The position numbers were made by a program, and so were the translations under genes. Of a DNA stretch of 64,000 bases, positions 39,460-49,270 are shown one piece after another (position 1 is the first letter of the stretch; each line of letters opens with the position of its first letter). The notes below the pieces were generated by a model. The model was not told the DNA's origin and did no database searches. It was given only the letters and a program-made list of their open reading frames with translations. The DNA comes from a virus (taxonomy: Duplodnaviria > Caudoviricetes): IMG/VR virus record IMGVR_UViG_3300029288_000080, positions 64,001-128,000 of that record; one strand, written 5' to 3'.

Positions 39460-39681
39460 CTACTGGTCCTTTCGGGTTGGCTGCGTAGCCAACCAAGCCA
39501 AAACAGGCCCACGGAGTCCTGGGTCCGGTGCTGCAGCCCCGTGGCGCCAGCGGTTGATGGTAGAGCGGTTGACCCCCAGGGCTGCGGCGACCTCATGGTC
39601 TTGCAGTCCTACCCGAGCGACCTCGGCCACGAAGATCCCGTGGAACTCTTGGGCCCCGTAACGTAAGAACATTTCTGCCAT
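39460..39681 (-). CDS. XRE/Cro-type HTH regulator
   Basis: DHEVAAALGVNRSTINRWRHG. Confidence 0.8.
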   Translation of the reverse strand: MAEMFLRYGAQEFHGIFVAEVARVGLQDHEVAAALGVNRSTINRWRHGAAAPDPGLRGPVLAWLATQPTRKDQ

Positions 39682-39759
39682 GATGGTTCCTGGTGTGCTA
39701 TCTGCACACTATCGTTTTACCTACCAGCACCCCACCCACCAAAATTATTTTTCTTTTCC

Positions 39760-39788
39760 TTGACACCTGCCCACCTGTTCGGTATCCT
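39760..39788 (+). promoter_or_regulatory. sigma70-type promoter
   Basis: TTGACA-17 bp-TATCCT with an AT-rich UP-like tract. Confidence 0.7.
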
Positions 39789-39821
39789 ATGGCCTGTCAC
39801 TAGCCCTAGGAGCCCATACCT

Positions 39822-40733
39822 ATGTCTGAACCCAGTGGCGACCAGCCGGTCGCGCTCCCTGTCGTTCCTGAAGCCGGCCTAACCGTCCTGATGAACCGGT
39901 TCATTGTCTCGCAAGTTCGCCAACGTCTCAGATTCGTTTGGGGCAACGACGCCGGTTGGTCCCGCGAAGACCTCTGCCACGAGTTGCAACGCAAGGCCCT
40001 GGAGGCATCCCGCACCGCGGATGCCAGGGGGTACAGCGAGCGGCACCGCAGCAACTCCATGAGGATCGCGGTCCAGAACTACTGCTCCAACTTGGCCCAA
40101 AGAAATTCAGGGGAAACCCGCGGGAAGCTCCGGAGGACCAGGGTGGCCGACGACTCCCGGGCGGCCTGGTTGGTCGACACCCGGGCCAGCAAGGTGGTCC
40201 CGATCGAGATCTCGCTGAAACAGCAGCACCGTCGAGGCCGGTATGTCCTGGTCCGGACCCAGGACGGCAATCAATGGTACCGGCACCTCTCCCGGATCCA
40301 CGACAGCGAGGCTGACGCCAACCAAGCCTTGGCCCAGTGGCTGCAGCGAGGCCAAGGGCGCCGCAAGGTCGTGATTGACCTGGCCCCGGACCACGATGAC
40401 TTTGGCCTCGTGGCCATCTCGATCGACGCACCCCGCCGGGCCCCCGATGGGGACCAAGACGGTAGTCTCCACGATTCCATCGCGAAGCCCCCGCGGCACC
40501 GGCTAGACATCTCGTTCCAGCAGGTTCACCAACCGCGAGTCCGCCAGTGCCTTGACCTCCTGCTCCACTACCCTGACGACCCGCTGTTCTGCCAGTTTTG
40601 CCGGGCCCGCGGGGAAGACCCCGCTGCCCTGGGGGACGCGACCCTGATGCGCCGCGCCATGGAGTTCTGCGGCACTGACCTCAAGGAAATGCGCGGTGCC
40701 TTGGCCCAGGTGTACCGAGAGATCAAAAAGTGA
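39822..40733 (+). CDS. putative divergent sigma70-family factor
   Basis: REDLCHELQRKALEA..IAVQNYCSNLAQR resembles region 2; ISIDAP..GSLHDSI resembles region 3.2. Confidence 0.45.
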   Translation: MSEPSGDQPVALPVVPEAGLTVLMNRFIVSQVRQRLRFVWGNDAGWSREDLCHELQRKALEASRTADARGYSERHRSNSMRIAVQNYCSNLAQRNSGETRGKLRRTRVADDSRAAWLVDTRASKVVPIEISLKQQHRRGRYVLVRTQDGNQWYRHLSRIHDSEADANQALAQWLQRGQGRRKVVIDLAPDHDDFGLVAISIDAPRRAPDGDQDGSLHDSIAKPPRHRLDISFQQVHQPRVRQCLDLLLHYPDDPLFCQFCRARGEDPAALGDATLMRRAMEFCGTDLKEMRGALAQVYREIKK

Positions 40734-41323
40734 GGTACCTGGTCTATCGGGTAGCCTGCACAAAAGCCAAAGGTCAGGTTCCGGAGGTCCAAGGGATCGG
40801 GACCCTGACGTTTGATATCGTGGAAGGTTCGGGGCGGTCATCGGCCGACCTGGGGTACTGCATCGACACCCCTGGCAACATGGTCGAGTGGTTTGCCCAG
40901 CGGACCGGGGCCCATGGGGACCGATTGATCGGGTGGCACTCGAGAGAAATGCAAGCGGTGCTGTCGGTAGCCCTGATCAATGGGATCGACTTTGGCCATT
41001 ATTTCCAGCGGCACCAACACGTCCTGGGTGAACGGCACCAGCAACTTCACGGATGGCTCCAACAGCACTGTGGGGGCGGTACCTTGGCCCAGCAGTACAG
41101 CGCGCTGAAAATCAAGCCCGCTCCTAACCTCGCCACGCGACTCTCGCTGGACTGCCTTGTTCTGGCGGCCTTGTGGATTAAAATCCAGGTCGTCATGGGG
41201 GTGCTTGACATTCGTGGCCGAGCCAGTACCATGGATCTCGTGGGTTCAGCATTTCGCTGCAGTGACGCTGGCCCCGCTGTGCTGAGACAAGTAGAACGAG
41301 CAAGCAAAATCATCGCGAAATAG
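40730..41323 (+). CDS. hypothetical; possibly an inactivated DnaQ/PolB-exo2-like fold
   Basis: RLIGWH..VL..ALINGI..RH..L..L..DC..L..LW.K....G pattern without the acidic Exo motifs. Confidence 0.4.
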   Translation: MRYLVYRVACTKAKGQVPEVQGIGTLTFDIVEGSGRSSADLGYCIDTPGNMVEWFAQRTGAHGDRLIGWHSREMQAVLSVALINGIDFGHYFQRHQHVLGERHQQLHGWLQQHCGGGTLAQQYSALKIKPAPNLATRLSLDCLVLAALWIKIQVVMGVLDIRGRASTMDLVGSAFRCSDAGPAVLRQVERASKIIAK

Positions 41324-41330
41324 GTGTTGT

Positions 41331-41873
41331 ATGGCCCAGCAGTATTTAGTTGAAATCTCGCCTGGATGCTACGAAGTGGTGGACAAGCGCCCAACCACCA
41401 GGAAGCCACAACTTAATCGCCCTCCACGGCCTTCCAAAGCCGCCGTTCCCCCGTGGCCCTGGCGGTTCTGTCCCGAGGACAATTTGATCCTAGACCAGCA
41501 CGGTGATGTCGTGGCCCGCGATGTTGAAGTCGTCAGTGAGTCCAGGCACAACAACCAAATTCATCTACGGTTTATGAACCATGGATCCCTTTGGGTCGGC
41601 AAGACAATTCGGGGCGGGATCCAAGCGCGACCTTCCAGGATTGCCCCGAGGCCCAGATGTACAAAATGTGGTGCGGAAATTATCCAGACCAACGTTTCGG
41701 AAATTTGCCGTCATTGCCACGACGCCGCCGCAGAAACCCGGCCCAAAGTCCAGTGCACTGGGTGTGGCAAGCCACTCAGCAAGGCGACGTTGTCGGGGTT
41801 GTGTCGGGCCTGCTGGTTGACCCGAGGGGAAACTCGGGAAACCCGCGAGCAGTTCAACCCCTGGCTCAGGTAA
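41331..41873 (+). CDS. protein with two C-terminal zinc ribbons
   Basis: CTKCG..CRHC and CTGCG..CRAC. Confidence 0.7.
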   Translation: MAQQYLVEISPGCYEVVDKRPTTRKPQLNRPPRPSKAAVPPWPWRFCPEDNLILDQHGDVVARDVEVVSESRHNNQIHLRFMNHGSLWVGKTIRGGIQARPSRIAPRPRCTKCGAEIIQTNVSEICRHCHDAAAETRPKVQCTGCGKPLSKATLSGLCRACWLTRGETRETREQFNPWLR

Positions 41874-41912
41874 TTTTCTACTTCGTTCCTTATCTTGGCG
41901 ATTTCCCGCCTG

Positions 41913-41930
41913 TACGTTAATGTTTAGTAG
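41913..41930 (+). promoter_or_regulatory. putative phage late promoter (degenerate)
   Basis: TACGTTAATGTTTAGTAG. Confidence 0.55.
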
Positions 41931-41982
41931 CAATCCAGGTGGGCCATGGTGCCCATTGTCCTTTTCTACCCCGAGGTTTAAA

Positions 41983-42984
41983 ATGCCCTGTAGCAAGTGT
42001 CGTGAGCAGAAGTCTAAGTCCCGCGTAGCCGTCCCGAGCAATCTTGGCACCATGGATGCCCTGTACCAGGAATACGCCGCCCTCATGACCCCGGCGGAGC
42101 CCTGCCGGTCCCCCGAGGCTCTATCAGAGGAATTCAAGCGGCGGGGCCACCAGGACCCTCGGGCCGAGGGTGACCAGTTTCTGGAGGAAATCTTCAGTGA
42201 CGACTGGGCTGCCTGCAAGGTTCAGCAGAAGGCTGCGGCGGTTGAACTTGATGTCAAGACCGCCGGGTTCGATTCGCCCGAATCCATCGTGGACGAGTTG
42301 ATCCTCTGGATCGACAACACCGAGCCGCTGTACCGCCAGAAGCTCCTGTGCTACAAGAATCTGGTCGGCAAGGTTGACCGCAAGGTTTACGACGCCGTCA
42401 AGGCGGTCAAGTTGATGCTGTACTGCGTGGACGCCGCCGCCCAGAGCTACGTCAAGGAATTCGGGACCCCTGAGGACCATCAGGGCGGCACCACTTGGCA
42501 CGACGTGTTTCCCAAGAACATCAGGATCGAAGCCGCCAAGGAGTTGGTTCGCCAGTTTGCCCAGGATATGAAGTCGGGCGAGCAGTACCTGCAGGATTTC
42601 CACGCGAAGAAATACCAGCCGAAGCCCGAGGCCAAGGCTGCGCCCAAGTCCGCAGCCGTGACCAAGCAGGCGGGTGGCCCGGCCGCCCTGGACAACCTGG
42701 AACTGTGGAGTTGGATCGACAGCGAGACCCCGGAGTTTGGCCAGTTCCTCATGCAGTTGCTGGCGTCGGTGCCGGGCGGCGACGAGGCCGAGGGCATGGG
42801 CTATGAGCCATTCCCCTTCTTGGGCTGGCAAGAGTGGTCCATGATCGCCGAAATGATGCAGGCGGTCGAGGGTGCTATGGATGTAGAGTATTTGGTGCAA
42901 AAACTCATGGGTCCTGATCCTGATGACCGCGATGCAGAAATCCCTGAAGTTCCCGCCGAAGACCTCGCTGATAAGTTCAAGTAG
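41983..42984 (+). CDS. modular protein (putative internal head protein)
   Basis: Three blocks separated by SRVA, VKTA and TKQA; the middle block has the phage-type EL.LW.DN..LY.Q..KNL..K..K.YD..KA.KL motif. Confidence 0.75.
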   Translation: MPCSKCREQKSKSRVAVPSNLGTMDALYQEYAALMTPAEPCRSPEALSEEFKRRGHQDPRAEGDQFLEEIFSDDWAACKVQQKAAAVELDVKTAGFDSPESIVDELILWIDNTEPLYRQKLLCYKNLVGKVDRKVYDAVKAVKLMLYCVDAAAQSYVKEFGTPEDHQGGTTWHDVFPKNIRIEAAKELVRQFAQDMKSGEQYLQDFHAKKYQPKPEAKAAPKSAAVTKQAGGPAALDNLELWSWIDSETPEFGQFLMQLLASVPGGDEAEGMGYEPFPFLGWQEWSMIAEMMQAVEGAMDVEYLVQKLMGPDPDDRDAEIPEVPAEDLADKFK

Positions 42985-43000
42985 GCGTTCTTAGCCCAGC

Positions 43001-43996
43001 ATGTCCAACCCGACCCCTCGCCCCACCCCCCAGTTTATCCGGATTGACCCCTTGGCCGAGTCGGCCTTGTCGGGCCTGGGGAACCGTGATGTCACGAGGT
43101 ACTTGGAACTGGCCAAGTTGATTGTCCATCGGTACCTGGAGGAGTGTATCCGCCCTGACGGCCAGTTTCGGCAGTTTTTCGACCGGTTCGCCAATTTCTC
43201 CCACGGCTTCGTGGTCAACCAAAATCTGGACCAAGATCCTGATAAGCGTCATATCCAGATTGCCAGGTTTTTCGAGGACCTCAAGGAATCGCCCGCCCAG
43301 ATTTTCATCCAGACGACTGGCCACGAATATCAGCCGGTCGGGCCCGGCGGCATTACCGATGGCTGGAATACCCGAGATGGTCTCGGCACCCAGGTGGTCC
43401 AGGTCACCGACGTGGTGAAAATCCCGGTGCAAATCACTTGCGCGGCCCTGTCGCAGCAAGAAATCGACGACCTCGCCGCCCTGATGGCCGCGACGTTCGG
43501 ACAGTTTCAGAAATGGACCTGCAACTACATCTTGCGGGCGCAACCGACCGAAACGTCCCGGTCCCAATGGGAACTTCGGCTACCGCCTCGGTACCGCATC
43601 GCCAACATGCGGCACGACAAACTCCACGATGATCCCCGCCAGCAGGTCTGGTCGGTCCAGTGCGACCTGGATTGCGTCCTGGAAAACTCCGTGTTGCTCA
43701 GTTACCGGGCCCGGCCATCAATGCAGTTGGACGAAACCCCCGAGACATTCGAGGTCCAGGTCCCCACGGTTTTGCTGGTCCGACAAAACTTTTCGGTCCC
43801 CTTGAACTACTACCCGCCCCGCTGTGCCATTTATTCCACTGACCCCCGGGTCGCGACGGTTGACCGGGACGAGACTTCCCTTACGATCCGGCCCCGACGG
43901 CCCGGCACCTTCACCCTGATGGCCACGACGGAAGACGGGGATCAACAGGGGTGCCGCATTTTGCTCCAGCAGGTCATCACGGTTCGGGCCCGTTGA
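43001..43996 (+). CDS. putative neck/tail-completion protein with C-terminal Ig-like segment
   Basis: Directly upstream of the sheath; YSTDPRVATVD..PGTFTL Big-2-like end. Confidence 0.5.
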   Translation: MSNPTPRPTPQFIRIDPLAESALSGLGNRDVTRYLELAKLIVHRYLEECIRPDGQFRQFFDRFANFSHGFVVNQNLDQDPDKRHIQIARFFEDLKESPAQIFIQTTGHEYQPVGPGGITDGWNTRDGLGTQVVQVTDVVKIPVQITCAALSQQEIDDLAALMAATFGQFQKWTCNYILRAQPTETSRSQWELRLPPRYRIANMRHDKLHDDPRQQVWSVQCDLDCVLENSVLLSYRARPSMQLDETPETFEVQVPTVLLVRQNFSVPLNYYPPRCAIYSTDPRVATVDRDETSLTIRPRRPGTFTLMATTEDGDQQGCRILLQQVITVRAR

Positions 43997-44027
43997 TTCC
44001 ATAAATCCACCTGGGGCGACATTCCAG

Positions 44028-44045
44028 CACGTTACTTTATAGTAG
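44028..44045 (+). promoter_or_regulatory. putative phage late promoter
   Basis: CACGTTACTTTATAGTAG upstream of the tail sheath. Confidence 0.78.
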
Positions 44046-44127
44046 CGGCACAGATCTGGTGCTGCTGGTGCACTGATCAATTTTTCCGGGCCTTGGCCCC
44101 GTTGCTTTTACTACCAGGAGAATCGTC

Positions 44128-47100
44128 ATGGCGATTGCTGACCTCCGCTTGACCACCAGCCGGTACACTGTGCCCGGTACCATCATTGATTTTGTCCCGC
44201 AGCCCCAGGCCGGGACTCCCCAGGGAACCCCGCGGTATCCCTGTATCGTGGGGCGCGGCCATCGTCTTGCGCGGGAAACGTCCATCCCGCACATCCGGGC
44301 CCGGGTGTACGGCGAGCAACTGGCGTTCTCCACGACTGCCCCGTATGTGGCTTCCTTGGACCACAACGCTGCCCCGGACCAGACCTTGGCTCAACTGTAC
44401 AGCCAGTCAGGCCAGCCGGTTGATGCCGATAAATGGCGGTTTCTCGTGGACGTCGCGACCGGGACCCTGTACAACCGGGTCCAGGTCGACGCCACCGCCT
44501 ACGACCACACCGCCACGTACTACATCGAGTACCAGTCGATCGACCGGGACGTCCAGGACGACCTGCAGTTTGACGATCTTCGCGAAATGCTCCTGGTGGG
44601 TGATTCTGGTGGCCAGAACCAGTACGTGGAATACGAGGATTACCGAGTGGTCACGGGGCTCACGGGCTCGGCCACGGACCCCGATGCCCTGACCCCCGGG
44701 ACTGCCAACACGCACCTGACCGGTACGGTTTCAGCTCTCGTGAAGACCGGGGCCGTGGGCACTGGGCTCGTGACCTTCACGGCCGGCAATAGTTACACCG
44801 GGGCCTACAATCGCCGGTACCGCCTTACGGTCAGTGGTGCAAATCAATTTGACCTGACCATCACGAATCTTTCGGGTGGAAACGCCCAAGTGCCCAATGT
44901 CCCGGCCAACGCGGCCAACGCGTCTACTTTCGTACTCGTGGGTGGCGGCCCTACTTGGACGAGTGTGCAGATTACTGGAAATCCTGCAATCTACACGGTT
45001 ACACCGCTCCCTAACTACGTTGAGGACGACGGACTTCGTTTGACTTTTGACCTCAACGGCGGTGCGTTCGGGGTCACTGACTACTACGAGTGGACCGCGT
45101 ATGCCCCAGGCAAGATCGAGTTCTGTTCGGCCCACGACAACGACAACCAGTACAGCACGGTCAACGATCCGGTGGAACTGGGGATTTTCAGTGCTGACCC
45201 GGCCGTCGCGGCCACCCAGGCATCTGGTGGTGTCGTGACGATCCACTCCGACACCGATTACGTCGGGGATTTCGACCGTAGTTACTTCATCCAGTGCACC
45301 GCACAAGGCGGTGGCCCTGCTCCTGTGGCCCGGACCGCCACGATCTACTGGAACGGCTACGGCGAACTGCCCTACACCAACAGTGGTGTCGTTACCGTCA
45401 CGGAAGGCGGTAATGCCAGTGACGTCCTGCTGGAAAACGGTGTTCATCTCGTTTTCAATTTCGGGACGGCCCACGCGTCCATCGACACGACCAACACGAT
45501 CACGACCCCCGACGCCACCACGTTGTCCAGTGCCATTACCCTGGCCAACATGATCCGGACGCAGTTCAATGCCCACGATTTCGACGCTGGTCCCGTGTGG
45601 CACTTTGGTGGTCCTGGGACTCACCAAATCACGGCTGCGGTCGCGACCGATCTTGCGACTCTCCGGACCCTTTGCCTGGATATCCAGACTAAATACGCGG
45701 CCCACCTGGCCGACCTGACCGAGCATGTCCTGGCCGACACTATCTGGTCGCTGGATTCCGACCTGACTGTTTCGGCAACCTCGACCCTTGCGGCCGTGAT
45801 CGCCTGGGCCAACGACGTCAAGGCCAAGTACAACCGACACCGGCAGGCCAACGGGTTCGCCGGGACGGTCCCGCAGTCCGACACCTGGCGGGTAGACGCC
45901 AAGGCCGCGCGCCGTAACTTCACCGCCAAGGACGACCGCAATGTGACGGTCACGGTCAACACGTTTGTCCCGGCCACGACGTTCCCGATCTCTTACACGT
46001 CGTCAACGCTCGAGGGTGGATCGGGTACCGTGACGATCACGGATTATTCCGACCCCTGGGTGGACCTGCCCGATTCGATCCGCCTGATGGTCCGGAACCT
46101 TTCTACCACCGAAAGCTACACGGCCAACAACACCTTCACGTTCTCGACGGTTTGCTACGACACGGTCGACTGGACTTTGGTGTCGCGTTCGTCCGAGACC
46201 ATCGCGGAAGACGACATCGTGTTGGACACCCTCGGGAACGTCACGGGCACGCCCCTCAACTATTACCTTGACCTCCAGTACACCCCCGAGCAGGTTTTGC
46301 GCGTCAAGCGGGCCGACACCGGCGTGGCGGTATCGTACACCTGGATCACGGGTACCCCATATGTCGCGTTCTTGACGGACCCGGCCACCGACATCACGGT
46401 GGACTACGAGCATCGTGGCGACGAGCCGGATCCTGGGATGTCGTATTACGTGTCGGCCAATCGGCTTCGTGGTCTGGACGAGTACGATACGCCCCGTCGG
46501 TTCCTGTCTCCCGACGAATCCCGTGCAGCCCTTTATCCCGCCACTACCGACAACCACCTCTGGATGGCGTCGGAAATCATGTGGAACGCGGCCCCGTTCG
46601 GCATTTATGTCGTTCAGGCCCGGGCTCTTTCGGGTGATAACCATTTCGTCGCCGCAGACTACAAGCGGGCCATTGACGCCACCGAGGTGACCAGCGAGAT
46701 CAGCGACGTCACGGTGCTGTCTCCGGCTGGCTCCTGGGGGCTCGTCACGGCCTATGCGAAAAACTCTTGCGAGAAGATGAACAGCCCGTTCGAGGCCAAG
46801 GAGCGGTTGCTCTTCTGCGGGGCTCCCGTGGGGACCGCGATTGGCGACGAGTCTACTGCCGACACCCTCGTGTACTACGCGCGGCGTTCTTTGCAGTGCC
46901 CGCCGTCTGGCAAAGCCAAGGGTAACATCATCCTGCTGGGCAATACCACGGCGACCCGTAGTTTCCAACTGGAAGACGGGTCCAGCACGACCGTTACGCT
47001 GGATGGTTCGTTCGTCGCGGCCCACACGGCCGCCCTGGTGGCGTCGTTCCCGAACCCGACCGACACGATTCTGCACCGTGCCTGCGTGGCGTTCGACACG

Positions 47101-47589
47101 ATCGACACCCCCAACGAGAAGGAAGCCCTGCTCCTCGGGACCGCGTCGATCACGTGGCTCGAGGCCCTGGGGACCGGGACTTACCGGTACGCCGAGTCCG
47201 TGACGGTTGATACGACCGAAAAGGCGCTCAACGAGATTTCGGCCCGGACCCAGGCACACTTTGTCGTCCGGTACATCCGAAATCGCATGAATGATGCCAT
47301 GATCGCGTTGGTGCCGCCGAGCCCCCTGGCCGGCGTGGCCCTGCTGGCCGGTTACCTGACTCAGTTGCTCAGTGCCCTGGTGTCGGCCCAGATCATCGCG
47401 CCGTACGGGTCGGAGCAGAATCCTCCGGTCCAGCGGGATGTGTCGTCAGAAGATTACCGAGTCCTGGTTGACGAGACTGACCGGACCCTGTACCACTTCA
47501 AGTTTTTCTTCAACGGGCGCTACCCGATCAAGCGGCTCTTCGGTCTTTACTCGATTGACACGAAGTTCTGGGCTGCTTCGGCGGCGTAA
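44128..47589 (+). CDS. contractile tail sheath protein (enlarged)
   Basis: N-term Y.VPG..I..PCIVGRG; C-term KER..GAP.GT..LDGSFVAAHTAA..EISA..F....YPIKRLFG; precedes the tube gene. Confidence 0.85.
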   Translation: MAIADLRLTTSRYTVPGTIIDFVPQPQAGTPQGTPRYPCIVGRGHRLARETSIPHIRARVYGEQLAFSTTAPYVASLDHNAAPDQTLAQLYSQSGQPVDADKWRFLVDVATGTLYNRVQVDATAYDHTATYYIEYQSIDRDVQDDLQFDDLREMLLVGDSGGQNQYVEYEDYRVVTGLTGSATDPDALTPGTANTHLTGTVSALVKTGAVGTGLVTFTAGNSYTGAYNRRYRLTVSGANQFDLTITNLSGGNAQVPNVPANAANASTFVLVGGGPTWTSVQITGNPAIYTVTPLPNYVEDDGLRLTFDLNGGAFGVTDYYEWTAYAPGKIEFCSAHDNDNQYSTVNDPVELGIFSADPAVAATQASGGVVTIHSDTDYVGDFDRSYFIQCTAQGGGPAPVARTATIYWNGYGELPYTNSGVVTVTEGGNASDVLLENGVHLVFNFGTAHASIDTTNTITTPDATTLSSAITLANMIRTQFNAHDFDAGPVWHFGGPGTHQITAAVATDLATLRTLCLDIQTKYAAHLADLTEHVLADTIWSLDSDLTVSATSTLAAVIAWANDVKAKYNRHRQANGFAGTVPQSDTWRVDAKAARRNFTAKDDRNVTVTVNTFVPATTFPISYTSSTLEGGSGTVTITDYSDPWVDLPDSIRLMVRNLSTTESYTANNTFTFSTVCYDTVDWTLVSRSSETIAEDDIVLDTLGNVTGTPLNYYLDLQYTPEQVLRVKRADTGVAVSYTWITGTPYVAFLTDPATDITVDYEHRGDEPDPGMSYYVSANRLRGLDEYDTPRRFLSPDESRAALYPATTDNHLWMASEIMWNAAPFGIYVVQARALSGDNHFVAADYKRAIDATEVTSEISDVTVLSPAGSWGLVTAYAKNSCEKMNSPFEAKERLLFCGAPVGTAIGDESTADTLVYYARRSLQCPPSGKAKGNIILLGNTTATRSFQLEDGSSTTVTLDGSFVAAHTAALVASFPNPTDTILHRACVAFDTIDTPNEKEALLLGTASITWLEALGTGTYRYAESVTVDTTEKALNEISARTQAHFVVRYIRNRMNDAMIALVPPSPLAGVALLAGYLTQLLSALVSAQIIAPYGSEQNPPVQRDVSSEDYRVLVDETDRTLYHFKFFFNGRYPIKRLFGLYSIDTKFWAASAA

Positions 47590-47605
47590 ACAGGAAACCA
47601 GGATT

Positions 47606-47666
47606 GCCGGCGACAACGATTATTCATAAATTGCTTGTCGGAACTATCGTTGCTCGCCGGCCTTTT
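47606..47666 (+). terminator. long stem-loop + TTTT after the sheath gene
   Basis: GCCGGCGACAACGAT..ATCGTTGCTCGCCGGC-CTTTT. Confidence 0.55.
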
Positions 47667-47670
47667 CACC

Positions 47671-48090
47671 ATGATCCTTGAGTCCAAAGCCCAGTACGAC
47701 GGAGCCAACGACATCGTCCATGTCGTGTCGTGGATCCTGTTGGACGACTCGACTCCCGCGACCCCGGCGCTGTCGAGCGGGACAGTCCAGTTGCTCCAAG
47801 GCAATGAAACTGAGTTCACGCTGGATTTTGACCGCCGGGACGTCATGTTGATCCCCCAGGACGACGGCGTCACCTTCACCGATATTGGCCAGTTCTACTG
47901 CTTCGTGATGCACCCGGCTCAACAGCGAAACTTGACCGCCCGGGTTACCGCTACCCTGGCCGATGGGTCAACAGCCACGGTTGTAATGCCGGTGGAGTAC
48001 AATCGAGAAAACCAACGGGCTGCCACGCTCAATCCAATGATTAGCGGGCGGGAAAATCCGCAGTTTCCCCAGGACCCAAATAAGCCGTAG
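47671..48090 (+). CDS. hypothetical (structural?) protein
   Basis: ORF between sheath and tube. Confidence 0.6.
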   Translation: MILESKAQYDGANDIVHVVSWILLDDSTPATPALSSGTVQLLQGNETEFTLDFDRRDVMLIPQDDGVTFTDIGQFYCFVMHPAQQRNLTARVTATLADGSTATVVMPVEYNRENQRAATLNPMISGRENPQFPQDPNKP

Positions 48091-48102
48091 AAAGACTCCA
48101 CG

Positions 48103-48534
48103 ATGCTGTACCCCATCAGAGCAGATTGGCCCGTAAGTGTCCCGGCTGGTGACGACTACACCTTCACGGTCGAGACTACCGCGTTGGCGAACACCAGGGC
48201 GATCTACCACCCGGTACTCCGGTGCTACAATTTTTCGTCAGGTTCTTTGGACCTGACGATTTCCCACACCCTGGACCTGGGGTCTGGTGATGACCCGCTC
48301 CATAACGGGACCTTCACGATGGTGGTGGTGCAGGACACCATTCCGACCAGTTCTTACCTGGACTACGATTTTGGTGGGATCCATTTGGCCACCGACACGA
48401 CCCTGACGATTTACCACAACGTCACGGTCGCGAACGCCGGGGCTGCAGATCGCATTTTTCACGCGGTACTGTTCGGCGAGGTCGAGACCGCTACCCAGTT
48501 GCCGGCGTCGGCGCCAATCGTCCGGAACGCCTAA
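48103..48534 (+). CDS. hypothetical beta-rich (structural?) protein
   Basis: ORF between sheath and tube. Confidence 0.65.
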   Translation: MLYPIRADWPVSVPAGDDYTFTVETTALANTRAIYHPVLRCYNFSSGSLDLTISHTLDLGSGDDPLHNGTFTMVVVQDTIPTSSYLDYDFGGIHLATDTTLTIYHNVTVANAGAADRIFHAVLFGEVETATQLPASAPIVRNA

Positions 48535-48550
48535 CGCTCAGGAGCTTTAA

Positions 48551-49087
48551 ATGGCACAGAATCTTGATTACACGTTTGCCGCGAATCCTTTCGGCGTCCA
48601 GACCCCGCCGCTTGATTACACCCACCAGCACGCCAATATGACCAAAACGTACCATGGGATCGCCATGGCGTTTAATGGTCGGGTGGTTGGTCGTCTGCAG
48701 TCGTGGAGTACCGCCGGGGCCAAGAAGCGCGGCGCCAAGGCTGTGTACGAACTGAACAACAAGACGTTCGGACGGCCGGTTGACACGATCCCAGGGATTG
48801 CCACGGGCTACGCGATCACGGCCTCGGCCATGGAGATGTGGGGCAGAGAAATTGAATTTGTTGCAGGCTCAACCACGCGATTTGTTGACCTAATCAGCCA
48901 GACGGCTCCCTTTACCGCCGATGAGTTCTGGTACAAGGGGTCAGGGCTCTACGAGACTTGGTCGTACCTGGGTTGCTGGCTCACCGATATGGACCAGGAC
49001 GCCTGGACCGCCGAGGGTGACGCGACCTACAAGAGCAACGTGAACTTCGCCTACACGGCTCGAGTTTACACCAGGCACACAGCCTAA
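48551..49087 (+). CDS. tail tube protein
   Basis: 178 aa, AGGAG RBS; NGRVVGRLQSW..VYEL..PG..YLGCWLTD tube-like pattern. Confidence 0.78.
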   Translation: MAQNLDYTFAANPFGVQTPPLDYTHQHANMTKTYHGIAMAFNGRVVGRLQSWSTAGAKKRGAKAVYELNNKTFGRPVDTIPGIATGYAITASAMEMWGREIEFVAGSTTRFVDLISQTAPFTADEFWYKGSGLYETWSYLGCWLTDMDQDAWTAEGDATYKSNVNFAYTARVYTRHTA

Positions 49088-49132
49088 ATTTTTGCAGATT
49101 TTTTGTTTCTGTTTTGCCATCGTTCGGTAAAA

Positions 49133-49270
49133 CCTGCTACTTTCCTTGTGAACACAGGTGCCCACGGTGAAATTCCTGTTTCAGCGACGGCAGTTTCACC
49201 AACCTCGAAAGATTGGTCAGCGCTCCCATCTCGGCAGGCGTTGATTCGGGTGTAGCCCACCCTATTTGTT
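49133..49270 (-). ncRNA. putative omega-RNA scaffold of the second tnpB
   Basis: Minus strand GGGTGGGCTACACCCGAATCAACGCCTGCCGAGATGGGAG..GTCGCTGAAACAGGAA..GTAGCAGG; CCTGC/GCAGG could form a pseudoknot. Confidence 0.6.
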
